A stretch of 64,000 bases of DNA. Source: Strigamia acuminata (Eukaryota). The position numbers and the translations under genes are program-made. The number at the start of each line of letters is the position of its first letter. The stretch's first letter is position 1. Of this stretch, positions 27,961 through 38,700 are shown one piece after another. The notes under the pieces were generated by a model that did not search any database, was not told where the DNA came from, and saw only the letters and a list, made by a program, of their open reading frames with translations. The stretch spans positions 4,898,001 through 4,962,000 of the forward strand of contig OX442314.1 in assembly GCA_949358305.1 (NCBI GenBank). The letters are read 5' to 3'.

Positions 27961-29689
27961 CATGCGAGAAAAAAAAATCGGCAATGTTCCTGACGAACCA
28001 ATCAAGAGAGAAACAATTAAAAACACCACACACTTTTAGCAAAAAAAAATTATTACCAAAGCGAAACAATGGTTAAATAAAATGCCACAAACAGAAATAA
28101 ATTTCAAAACTTAAGTAAAACGACCGCAATTTTTTATCGTCACTCGCGGACCATTTTAATTAAGCGCGATTTATCGTCCATTAAACACCGAAATTTTGCT
28201 CCCAAATTTAAACGCAAATTCCTGCGTGTGCGACGGCCAATAAATTCCGTTTAATTCTCACAACACGCGAATAAATCATTTTTTAAAAATCCCACACGAG
28301 GAAACTGAGAGCCGAAAGGAGGAGGTTCCGGGGGTTTATCCATTAAACAAACGCACGTCCTAATTCGGACGTTTGCGTGTCGGTCAATACTAACTGCCGC
28401 ACGCTCAAAAGCGCCTCAGTTTTAATTCTGTTTTTGTAATAACAGTCGATCGAAACGGAAACAGTCGCCAGATGGCGTCAATGACATTTTAACCTCGCGT
28501 TGAATAAAGTGTGCTAACTCGAAAAGCGCAACACTTGTGATTCATGCACTTTCCCTTCTTTTTTTCCATTCTCGAGGACATGGGCGAGCGGCCATATTTT
28601 TATTTTATGTACACGAAAGCGGTGATGAGGTGGGAGCTGCAATGTGTTAGGTTTTTACCGACAACTTGAACATAAATACATATAGAGCGAAAGAAAATTC
28701 GTTATTCGTTCGGTTACATTTTCGCGTGAAAGTCTGCGGCGATCCGGACATTTATATCTAAATTAACAACAAATATTTCCAATCTTTTGTTAAAAAAATT
28801 TTTAATTGTTAAATTTCACAGACACCTTTTTTTTCATTTATTGTTGATGTTTTAAATAAATAAGGTGCCTCCAATAAGGATAGGTCCACCCCTCCATTGT
28901 TACATAAAATAACTTCTGTGACTGTTACAGAAATGACAATTTATTTCTGACATTATTACAATAAAATAAACTTATTCCTAAATTTTTAATGCATTTAAAC
29001 AATAAATAAATAAATAAATCTAAAAAAGCACATTTTTGCTGTCCAGAAATTATTTAATCAGTCTGATGAAGAGAAGGGCTCTAGGGGCCTCAGTGCTGGT
29101 CTTAAAGGGCCCCATCCTAGGCCCATATTTTATTATATATTCAATTTTTTACAGAAATGGATCACTATGAGCCCCTATTTAACATAGGGGCCCATTAGGG
29201 CCTTTTGGGCCCTGGGCCCATGTTGGATGTGCCCAGGGCCCCAAAGGGGGAGGGTCCAAAATAAAAAAAAGGAAAAAATAAAAATTGGATATTTTTTTCA
29301 TTAGGGCTCTAAAAAGGGTTGGGTGAAGAGGCCCTCCACGCCTCTGCGGAAAATTAGGAAGAAGGGAATTGTGCCGGTGTTTGGGCTATGAGGCTTAATT
29401 GGAAGTATGGAGCTGGGTTTAGCCTGTGGAAGATTTTAGCACTACATTATTAAAATGCCTCAAGTGGGTGTTTTGGAACTCATCTACATTTTGCACTTGG
29501 TGTCTTGATGGCTGGTGCTAACATCAAACTGTGCATTCCATTCTGCACACTTGATTTCATTTCACTATGCAATCTCAATTGAGCAGGACTAACACTCTTT
29601 AAACTTATTAAAGTAAACAATAATTAAAGTGCTAAAAAAATTAATTTACTGTACAACAACACGTTGGCTGACACCGATGTTTTTGTCAA

Positions 29690-29861
29690 ATTATTATTAT
29701 TATTATTGCTATTATTATTATTGTTATTATTATTATTGTTATTATTATTATTATTGTTATTATTATTATTATTATATTATACAATTATATAATAATAATA
29801 ATTATTATTATATTATATATAACAATAATAATAATAATAATAATAATAATATAATAAATAA
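29690..29861. repeat. (TAT)n followed by (AAT)n microsatellite
   Basis: Trinucleotide runs in opposite orientations. Confidence 0.9.
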
Positions 29862-30224
29862 TGCAAAGTTTGCGCGATTATTAAATTGTTTAGTCAATAA
29901 AGCTTTCAGATTTGCGAATGTTTTGAGAAACTCATTAACGACATGTTGTAAACTTTGCATGACTTCGGCTGTGTTTGGTAAATTGTAAATTAGAAATATT
30001 GGTGTTGGCAATACTGAATTTTAAATTAAAGGATGATTAGTCAATAGAAGTGAAGGATGGTTGGCTAATGGATTGCTTTAGTGGGGGGTATGTGCAGGTG
30101 TAGGCTGTATGGTTTTGGCTTTATGCCAGTATATATTATATGCATCTTCGATTTTATCAGTTTCTGGTTTTGTTTTTCATGAGATTTGTCTAATTTTATG
30201 AATTCCAGAACAGTTTGGCAAAAT

Positions 30225-30484
30225 TACATGAAATTTTTATCAGATTCGATTGAAATTCCATGAAAGTTTATTAGATTTATTGGAATCACATGATTATTTT
30301 ACTAGATTTGATTGAAATTCCAAGAAATTTTACTAGATTTGAATGAAATTCTATAAAATTTGACTAGATTTGATTGAAATTCCATGAAATTTGACTAGAT
30401 TTGATTGAAATTCCTTAAAATTTGACTAGATTTGATTGAAATTCCATTAAATTTGACTAGATTTGATTGAAATTCTATTAAATT
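30225..30484. repeat. 31-bp minisatellite (AAATTTGACTAGATTTGATTGAAATTCCATG), left part; continues at 44001-44350
   Basis: The array is split by the retrotransposon and resumes in register after the TSD. Confidence 0.92.
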
Positions 30485-31480
30485 TGTCGCGCTCAACTCG
30501 GTCTGTCGCTGATACGTGGTATGAGTCACTCTCTGATCTCGCAATACCGCTTTACTCAAGCGGTTACCCAAATAATGTAACACGGCAAGACAATGTAAAA
30601 GGTAAATATAATAAATGTATTTATTATACGGGAATATACAGTTAAAAGGGAATAAAATATGTAAGGGAATAAAAAGGTAAAAGGAAAGGGGTGTGAAGTT
30701 GGCGGGAAACTGGTCGAGGTCGTCCTTTGTCGCTGTGGATCCAAGATGGCGTCCGCGTGGCAACGTGGTGTCGTCTTGGGCCGGCGTGGCAATGAATGGC
30801 GTCCTCGTCTCACGTTTCTCGTTCGGTCCTTCGGGCTCACGCTGGTCGGGCGCGAGTGAATGCCTGAAAGGTCTTACTTCTGGTCTGTTGTCTAGGTTTA
30901 GGGTTTTTTGTAGGTGTCCGGCGATCACACAGCGGCGGACGCTTGGTGGTTCCCGGCGATACACACAGCGGCGGGAACGCTCGTCGTGGTTACTGCAATT
31001 TAGGCTTGTGCGACCGTTTGTCTGCACAACTCGCTAAATTGGAGTAGGTTTACTATTTCTAGCTGGCTTGCTAAAATAGTGTGGTAATCTTGTTTCGCAG
31101 GTTACTCTGCGGAGGTTAACACAAATCAATCGTACTCACGTTGAAAGTCCCTTGTCCTAGGTCACTCCTGAAGTCTTTGTACTTAGGCTTGATCGTTTTA
31201 GGACGTTTGGCTTTTACGTGTATCTTGGTTGATTTTTGTGTTGGTTCTCCCCGCTCAGTGCAAGGCGAATTCCTTTGCACAAAGCGGGGGGTGACAGGTG
31301 ACTAAAGCCACCCAATAGTGGAGAAGACGAATCTCCCCCACTCCCCCAGGGCAGACGCCCGTCCATTGACTGGATGTCAATGCTCTGAGGGAAGGGAGGC
31401 GCGCGTGCGACTCCCCTTCTTTACCCGTATGTAGGCCACGAGAGAAACTCTTCGTGCCCCACCCCAGTCGGGTCACCACA
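30485..31480 (-). repeat. 3' LTR of the Gypsy element
   Basis: No difference seen from 43005-44000. Preceded by the PPT. Minus-strand AATAAA at 30620-30625 is a candidate polyadenylation signal. Confidence 0.97.
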
Positions 31481-31492
31481 CGTCCCCCTCCC
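31481..31492 (-). promoter_or_regulatory. Polypurine tract
   Basis: Minus strand GGGAGGGGGA-CG immediately before the TG of the 3' LTR. Confidence 0.85.
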
Positions 31493-31519
31493 AGCTCTGA
31501 CCGCCGGTGTTCGGAGCGA

Positions 31520-34387
31520 TCAATCCTTCTTGCTGGGACCCGACGCTGGATCCATCGCCTGGGCGAAACTCACTCCAGGGACGGGCGGCTCAGCGCCGGG
31601 CGGCACAGCGCCGGGCGGCAAAACCAGATCTCCAACCAAGGCTGAAGACTGGTCGCGGGGGTCCTCGTGCTCGGAAATAAAGCACAAATCGTGGCCGCCG
31701 GCTGGCTCGTACGGGGCACGCCTCCTCTCATGCAGCCAAACCCGCGGAATGAACGCCGAAAACCCGGAATTGGTGTGCCGGATTGCGTTCGCCTCCGCGG
31801 CCGTTCGAGGCGCACGGTGGGCCCTCAGCAAACGCTGATGGAGGATCAAATCGGTGGTCTGGCGCACCTGGTTGTGTAGCCAAACGAATACCGATTTCCC
31901 CTTGTCTCTCTGCGCGAGGATGAATTTGCGCGTCGCCGTCGTCATCGACAGCTGAGAGAACTCGTCACACAACTTCTCATAATAGTTCGTCTGAAGCTTC
32001 GCCGCTTTCGCTGGCTTGGCGCTCTTCGGAACTACCGCTTGTTGGACAGTCTCTTCCCGCGCTTGTTGGGCTGCGGGAGGCGTCAGGCTCTGGCGAGCGG
32101 CGGACATCGTTGGCGGCGTCCGGCATAGCAGGCGTCTAGGCTTACCCGCCGCATTTGATAGGACGGGTGTCTGTGGCGTCGCCGCTGGTGGCATCGGTGG
32201 CGGCGGCGGAGGTGGAGTTGGGGCTCCACGTGAAGCAGTCGAAGAGGCGGCGTCGCTCTCCATCGGCTCTTCACTCGTGACCATCATTGCGTGTGACTGC
32301 GCTGACGGTGTTGGCTCCCACGTGGTAACGGCGTGGCGGAAGGCCATGCTCCGCAACTTATACCCCTCCCATTCGGGGTTCACCACGTCCCGGGTCAGCT
32401 CGAAGCGAGTCATCGCCGGGTTGGGGAGAATGGCGCTCCATTCTCCAACGAGTGCGCGAGGTATCTGCACACCCTCTCTGTCTACTACGGACCAACAGGC
32501 CATCGCCTGTCGTCCGACCCCAAAGAGCGAGGGGGTCAATAACTGGACCATGATTTTCGTCAAAGCCAGCTGTAGACTGCGCCGATTTACAGGGTTGCTG
32601 CGATCAGGATCTGCAGCGAACGCGCGCGAGTGGTGCCGCATCATCGAAATCCCCCACTCGATGAAATGGCGCTGAGTGACGTCGGCGCCCTGCAGAGCAG
32701 CGGCGGCGGCCCTCGGGTCCTCCATCACAAATGCGAAGGCCAAGAGCTCTTCGATCGATGGATTGGCTGCTTCTCGAGCCAGCCGTGCGTTTTCGTCACG
32801 CTGTTCATACCACATCGCGGTGCGGTCGTGTCTTGCCTTGCTCGGGTAATATTCTCCGAATCGGGCGTTATGGCATTCCCGCGCAATGCTCTGGTGAACG
32901 GGCAACATCACCGAGTCGTCGACGGCCAAGTTCGGCGTAGTGCTCGAACCCGGCATCGGCGGCGGCGGCGGCGGGGGCTGCGTCGGCGGCGGCAGCGGCT
33001 GTGTCGGCGGCGGCAGCGTCAGGGACTGCTGTGCTGGCAACGGTTGCGACGTTGATGACTGCGTCGGCAACAGCAACGTCAAAGACTGTTGTGTTGGCGG
33101 TGGCAGCGTCGCTTGCACTCCAGTCGGCGTGACTTGGAGTGCCGGGAGCTGGCTTACAGTACTCGTCGGTGGAACGACGGCCGTAGGCGCGTTTTCTACA
33201 CGCGGTCGCGAATTGACATATTCGCTTAACCACCGTGCCACTTCGTGTGGAATCACGGTACCATGCTCGACGACGCCCATCTTGCGAGCGAACTGCATCG
33301 CGGGGTCGAAACGAGACAATTTCTTGCGTTTCATCTGGGTGATGATCTCGCGAAGGTCCCGCGTGTCTGGCGCTAGGACGCGACGCTCCCCGGAAGATCG
33401 GCCACTCGACTTCGATCGTGCCTCTCTCGCTTCCTTCGCTTCGATTGCTTTGAGAGCGTGTTCGGGAAGGGGAATTCCTCGCGCCTCGCAGCGAGCGAAA
33501 TACCGCTCTTTGCGGTCTCGTTTCCGCTGCTCACGATGAGTTAGCGGATGTCTGCCGACACGGGGACGAGAGACTCGCTCTTCGTCACCCGAAATCCAGA
33601 CTTCTCGAGTCTCTTTACCGTCTTTCATCTGACGGTTGACGAACACCCTTGGTCTGGTGTAATTCGCGGGGTCGCGCGGTGGCTGCGCTGACGTTCCCGC
33701 TCCATCGTTGACGGTCGAGTGCTGTTCGACGCACTGTTTCTTCGACCGTCCCGGGGAGCGCGATTCGCTGCCCCCGGTTCCCTTGGAGCGCTTGCGCTTC
33801 CTTGGGAAATTATATTTGGGGCCGAGAATTCCCAAATAGTGGAGTTGCCACATTTCAGCTTGTGACGTGAGAATCCCCATTCTCGGTCGCCACTGTGGCG
33901 TAACTTCTCCCTGCCGAATCTGCTCGCACCACAGATGTATATCGGCGGTGCTCATTCCGTCGTCTTGCAAAATCCGCTCTGCAACCGCCGGCGCAGTGTC
34001 GATTAGCTGCTGGCGGTAGTGTTGATACACTTCTTCGCGGGCCTCCTCGGTCTCGGCCGCTTGCCACGCGAACAACACATGCTCCTCCGCCGGCCTGCCG
34101 GAGTATTGGCTCGACAGGGCCGGGTGGAAGATTGGTGACTTCGGGTCATCGATGCGAGCGAGCTCTGCAGCGACGACGTTTCGCACCGACTCCGGGAACG
34201 CGTCCAGGAGTGTACAATCGTTAACCCAACGCTTGGCGAGGGCGCGCGAAAATAATACGCGCAGGCGGTATGGCTTCGCATCTTCGCCAAAGCAGCGGCG
34301 CAGAAAATCGGGCAGTACGCCTCGATATATGCCCGCTCGCACTATGCATGCGGGGCTGAGCGCTCCCCATGTGTCTCGGAGCTCCAT
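31520..34387 (-). CDS. ORF3 main exon: 955-aa protein of unknown function, not Env-like
   Basis: Long GC-rich open frame ending just before the PPT. Begins at a strong acceptor, ttattttgtttccatcattgcag|ATGGAG. Basic NLS-like clusters (PRKRKRSK, REQRKRDRKER, MKRKKLSR) and poly-Pro linkers. No signal peptide or TM anchor in this part. The upstream TTG-started, AT-rich part of the track ORF is probably intron. Confidence 0.8.
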   Translation of the reverse strand: MELRDTWGALSPACIVRAGIYRGVLPDFLRRCFGEDAKPYRLRVLFSRALAKRWVNDCTLLDAFPESVRNVVAAELARIDDPKSPIFHPALSSQYSGRPAEEHVLFAWQAAETEEAREEVYQHYRQQLIDTAPAVAERILQDDGMSTADIHLWCEQIRQGEVTPQWRPRMGILTSQAEMWQLHYLGILGPKYNFPRKRKRSKGTGGSESRSPGRSKKQCVEQHSTVNDGAGTSAQPPRDPANYTRPRVFVNRQMKDGKETREVWISGDEERVSRPRVGRHPLTHREQRKRDRKERYFARCEARGIPLPEHALKAIEAKEAREARSKSSGRSSGERRVLAPDTRDLREIITQMKRKKLSRFDPAMQFARKMGVVEHGTVIPHEVARWLSEYVNSRPRVENAPTAVVPPTSTVSQLPALQVTPTGVQATLPPPTQQSLTLLLPTQSSTSQPLPAQQSLTLPPPTQPLPPPTQPPPPPPPMPGSSTTPNLAVDDSVMLPVHQSIARECHNARFGEYYPSKARHDRTAMWYEQRDENARLAREAANPSIEELLAFAFVMEDPRAAAAALQGADVTQRHFIEWGISMMRHHSRAFAADPDRSNPVNRRSLQLALTKIMVQLLTPSLFGVGRQAMACWSVVDREGVQIPRALVGEWSAILPNPAMTRFELTRDVVNPEWEGYKLRSMAFRHAVTTWEPTPSAQSHAMMVTSEEPMESDAASSTASRGAPTPPPPPPPMPPAATPQTPVLSNAAGKPRRLLCRTPPTMSAARQSLTPPAAQQAREETVQQAVVPKSAKPAKAAKLQTNYYEKLCDEFSQLSMTTATRKFILAQRDKGKSVFVWLHNQVRQTTDLILHQRLLRAHRAPRTAAEANAIRHTNSGFSAFIPRVWLHERRRAPYEPAGGHDLCFISEHEDPRDQSSALVGDLVLPPGAVPPGAEPPVPGVSFAQAMDPASGPSKKD

Positions 34388-35188
34388 CTGCAATGATGGA
34401 AACAAAATAATTAATGAAATCGCCAATAACACGGAGATAAATAGGGGGTGGGCTCGAGGAACGTCGCTGAAACGTGCGACCGCTCGTCGAGTCCTATTCC
34501 TGTTCATTGATTCGTCCTTGTCAGGAAGAAAAGAGTCTTCTTGGCACATCTGGTTCACGTCCAATGATAACCACGAGACGGAATCGAGCGTATTAATCCG
34601 GAAATTTTTCTTCGGATTGCTTAATTTAAAATTAAACTGTAAATTTGTATTTAAACCAATAAATTCGCGAAATCGTTCGTGAAAATCTCCAATAACAATT
34701 TTAGAACATGTAAACAAATGTTCTTGTCGTGAATTAACTTGTAAAGAAATAAATTTGTCTAATAATAACTCCAAAAATTCGGAGTTAAAGTCGAGTTAAA
34801 AAACGAATCTATAATAAATTAGTGTCATCGGGAAAAAATTCGCAAATAAAATAGCAAATAAAAATAGAAACAACGTTCTATAAATTCTTTCAAAATCCAT
34901 CCAATAAATTATTCCCATTTCTGGAATATAAAAAGAAAGCTCGTTTCCTTTGTCTCGTTCGTGTCAATTGTCGTGAGTCATCTTCAAGGAGCGAGGCGAC
35001 AGTTTGTCTGCTATCGCGTCCTTGAAGACAAATAATAGGAGAAAATACAATCGCTCTCGCGATCGTGGATATTAGTATAATAATTATACACGATTTCGAA
35101 CGCAGAGCGTTCATGTCAAGTATTAGTCAAGTGTATCTTTAATTCGACCGCACGGAGCTAAATCTCGTGCGGCGATGCCGACTACTAC

Positions 35189-35281
35189 CTGATCGGGTGG
35201 AACTACGTTTATGTCCGGGTCCCAATTCTCGTCATGATGCTGTATTTCAAGCATTTCCTCGTCCCCTCCTTCCTCATCCAT
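35189..35281 (-). CDS. Putative first coding exon of ORF3 (MDEEGGDEEMLEIQHHDENWDPDINVVPPDQ)
   Basis: ATG in ACGATGG context, 31 codons ending CAG|GTAGTA in phase 0. Joins in frame to the acceptor at 34387 across an 801-nt AT-rich intron. The donor is only moderate. Confidence 0.5.
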
Positions 35282-35761
35282 CGTGAGGATTGCGCGTTCA
35301 GTCAGACCACGATTAAAAAACTTGAAAACTTCTCGTAAAATGGATCAAAAACTTGGTTAAAAATGCACTCGCTGTGTATCACGTGCGGACGACGATCAGC
35401 TGATTTTAGCGGAAGTCCGGGTGAAAACGAGGCAATCGTGGTGGGTTCTGGGTAATTTTACTCCAGAACCAGGTGCTTATGACTGTGCGCAACAGCCCGT
35501 GCGCATGTTACGCTACGGGGCTCCTTTGTTTCTACGCCCGTGCGCGATCGCTGCTACGGGGTCTTTTGCACGCGGTATCCGACCCGTGCCGATAATTTTG
35601 CTACGGGTCCCGCGTTTCCACGCCATCTCGTGACGCGAATTCGACCGATATCCGCTTTGTTGGACTTAGCGAAATTTTCAGAGTCTCAGATTTTGATGGC
35701 TAGCGCTGTCGATCGGTCAATTTTTTTGTTTTTCAGCGTCGCCATCGACTCGTAACGTTTT

Positions 35762-38700
35762 CTACTCCTTTCCTACGACCTTTCCGTCTTTTATAAACGG
35801 ATTACTTCCACGGGGCCGCAGGTGATGAGTCGAGACAGGTACGATATTTTTTGTTGTTTTTTGTGTCTGTACCTCCTCATTATTGTTTTCTTTTTTATCC
35901 GTGTTTTTTGTGTTTGTTTCAGGAGTTTCTCCTGTTTCCCCCCCGACCAAAATTGGATCCGGAACGGATTCAACTATCTCGTTTACCGGTGGTGAAGGGG
36001 CGTCGAAATACTCCTCGTTGTCACTTGGCGGTGCTTTTTCCGACTCGCCAGCGAACATATCGACGATTTGGCCGTCAGTTTTTGACTTGACTTGGCCCTT
36101 GGCCCACATTTCTTGCGGGAATTCCGGAATGTACGGAGTTAACTCTCGTACCTGGATCGATTTGTGCTCGGTATTGTCCTCGAGCTTACGTAATTTATAC
36201 GCGTTACCGCCATGCTTGCCGATGATCACATACGGACCGTCTCTTTTGTCGGCCAAGCTGGCGGTGATTCCTCTCGCTGCATTTGAGAGGATGTGTGTGT
36301 CCTTCCACACTAAATCATTAATCTCGAAATTCACGAATTTTCCACCGCTTTTATCTTGTAAAATGCGGTCGCGCATGTTAAAAATGTGCGCCATCATGTG
36401 CTTGTACGTGTTGGAGATGGTTTGCTCCAATTTATACACGTACTCATGTGGTTTCTCGGGGTCCACCACATTTACTGACTCTGCCACTCGTGGGTCCCAA
36501 GGCACTCGTAGCTCCCGGGCGAAGTTGAGGTAGGCCGGAGAAAAATCTCTCGTCCTCGAGACTGTTGTTCGTATGCTGAACGCGATCTCCCTCAAGTATT
36601 CATCCCACCTATTGTGGATGTCAGTGAATATACTTAGTGCATATTTAATGTCCCTGTTGAGTCGCTCAACGGGATTTGTTCTGGGATTGTAGGTCGAAGT
36701 ATGTGACGCCACAATCCCGAATTTCTCACAAAACTTACCCCAAATTTTCGAGATAAATTGGGGTCCGTTGTCGGATATCATTTTACGTGGAAATCCGTAA
36801 CGTAACGCTACGTCGTAGATACATTCAACGATTTTTTCTGCTGAAGGTCTAGCGACGGCGTACAACTCGGGCCAACGAGTCGCCACGTCCATTATAACGA
36901 TAATGTACGCATTTTTATTTCCCGTAACGGGTTTTGGGCCCATCACATCGACACTTAAACAATCAAAAGGCGCGTAAGGCCCTAAGAAAATAGTTTCGAA
37001 TGGTGATTTACTCCTCGGCTTGCACGCTTGACATCGCTGACATTGGTGGACAAAAAGAGCAATATCTTTTTTCATCCCTGTCCAGTGAAAAAGCTGTGTA
37101 GCACGATAGAGTGTTCTGCTTACTCCCGCATGGCTCGCAAGCGGGTGCCCGTGTAACAACCACAGCACGCGACCGATTAAGGAAGCAGGTATTACTACCT
37201 TTACTGCGGTGTCCGATTCACTCAAGTCATCTTGGTGATTTGGGTGATGTTTCACCAAAAGGCCGTCATCCAATAGGTAATCTATGGATTCGTGTGCATA
37301 ACGACGCTTCTGCCTTCTGGTTAAGTTGGGCGGATATTTTCCTGTCAGTACGAATCTAGCTCTATCCTGACATTTCTTGTCTAATTTTTGTTGCACAATT
37401 ATTTCCTCCCTTGTCGGGGGATTGCTTCGCATTTGCTTGCCGACATGAGTGTGGAAGGCGCTTAGAAGCGGGTCATTTATTCTCCGCTCTAGCTTAAATT
37501 CCTTCTTTGCATTTGGGTAATTGTCAGCAGCTGGTTGGTATAACCGCGTCCAGAATCCACAGAATTTTACATCTGCTGGAGACGCGGTGGGAATTTCATT
37601 TATTTTCCTTAAATCCCAACGGTGACAACTCGTCGGGCAGTAAATGATGCGGGAATCATCCTCGCCATCATCGTCAGCGTCGATAGGATCTGACACTGGT
37701 GCCCTTGATAGAGCGTCAGCCACGACGTTATATTTGCCGGGCTTGTATTGAATGGTCAAGTCGCATGCCATCAGTTCTAACTGCCATCTGGCTAGTCGAC
37801 CGGCTGGCTCCTTTAATTTCATCAGCCATTGTAACGCTTGATGATCTGTGTGGACTACAAATTTGGTATATTCGAGATAATCTCTGAATTTCCTTATAGC
37901 CCACACAACTGCCAAACACTCCAACTCTGTGGCGTTGTAATTTTTTTCAGCGCCTTGGAGTTTGCGACTTATAAACATGCACGGCAGGTCTTGTTCGACT
38001 CCGTCGCGCACGTGTGTTTGGAGCAACGCCGCTCCTAACCCAACTCTGCTGGCGTCCGTATGTAATATGAACGGCCGGTTTAAGTCGGGTAGAGGCATTA
38101 CGCCGACTTCCGTCAGCATCCTCTTTATCGCATTAAATGCGATGTTGCACTCATTTGACCATACAAATTCGTTTTCATTCTTCAGGAGGTCGGTAACTGG
38201 GGCTGCCACTTCAGCTAGACCCGGTAGCAACCTGCCGAAGAAGTTTATCATTCCCATAAACCGTTGGACACCTTTAACGTCCTCGGGTGGTGGGAAACGA
38301 TTAATCGCATCGATTTTTTCGGGGCCAATAGCTAAACCGTTGACTCCAATGCGATAACCCAGGAAGGCAAGCTCCTTTCGGCAGAACTTGCTCTTGCCCG
38401 GATGAACGTGTAACCCAGCTTTCGCCAGCCGGGTGAGCACTTGGTCGATGTGCTCAATGTGCTCTTCGAATGTTTTAGAGGCAATAACTATGTCATCTAG
38501 GTATGCCCACACGAACTGATGCAGGATATCACCCAATACGCTTTCGATTAGTCTCTGAAAGGTACTGGGAGCATTCACTAAACCAAACGGCATGACGTTG
38601 AACATCAACCGTCCAATTGGCGAGTAAAATGCTGTTTTTAGCTTATCCTCTGGCCTCATCTCAACTTGCCAGTATCCCTTCGACAGATCCATCGTCGTAA

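Noticed and set aside
30395..31037. LTR ORFs of 114-210 aa (repeated at 42957-43557)
   Set aside because: Mostly non-ATG starts, no recognisable motifs, and they run across LTR boundaries.
31380..31456. Possible hammerhead ribozyme in the LTR
   Set aside because: CTGAGGG does not fit CUGANGA, and the GAAA lies inside a separate hairpin.
34388..34774. N-terminal 129 aa of the 1084-aa track ORF, including an apparent TM helix suggesting Env
   Set aside because: TTG start and AT-rich sequence; the hydrophobic run coincides with a polypyrimidine tract and acceptor. The rest of the protein lacks Env hallmarks. Not fully excluded without RNA data.
35762..36120. Chromodomain at the integrase C-terminus
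   Set aside because: The tail is acidic and low-complexity, without chromodomain aromatic-cage motifs.
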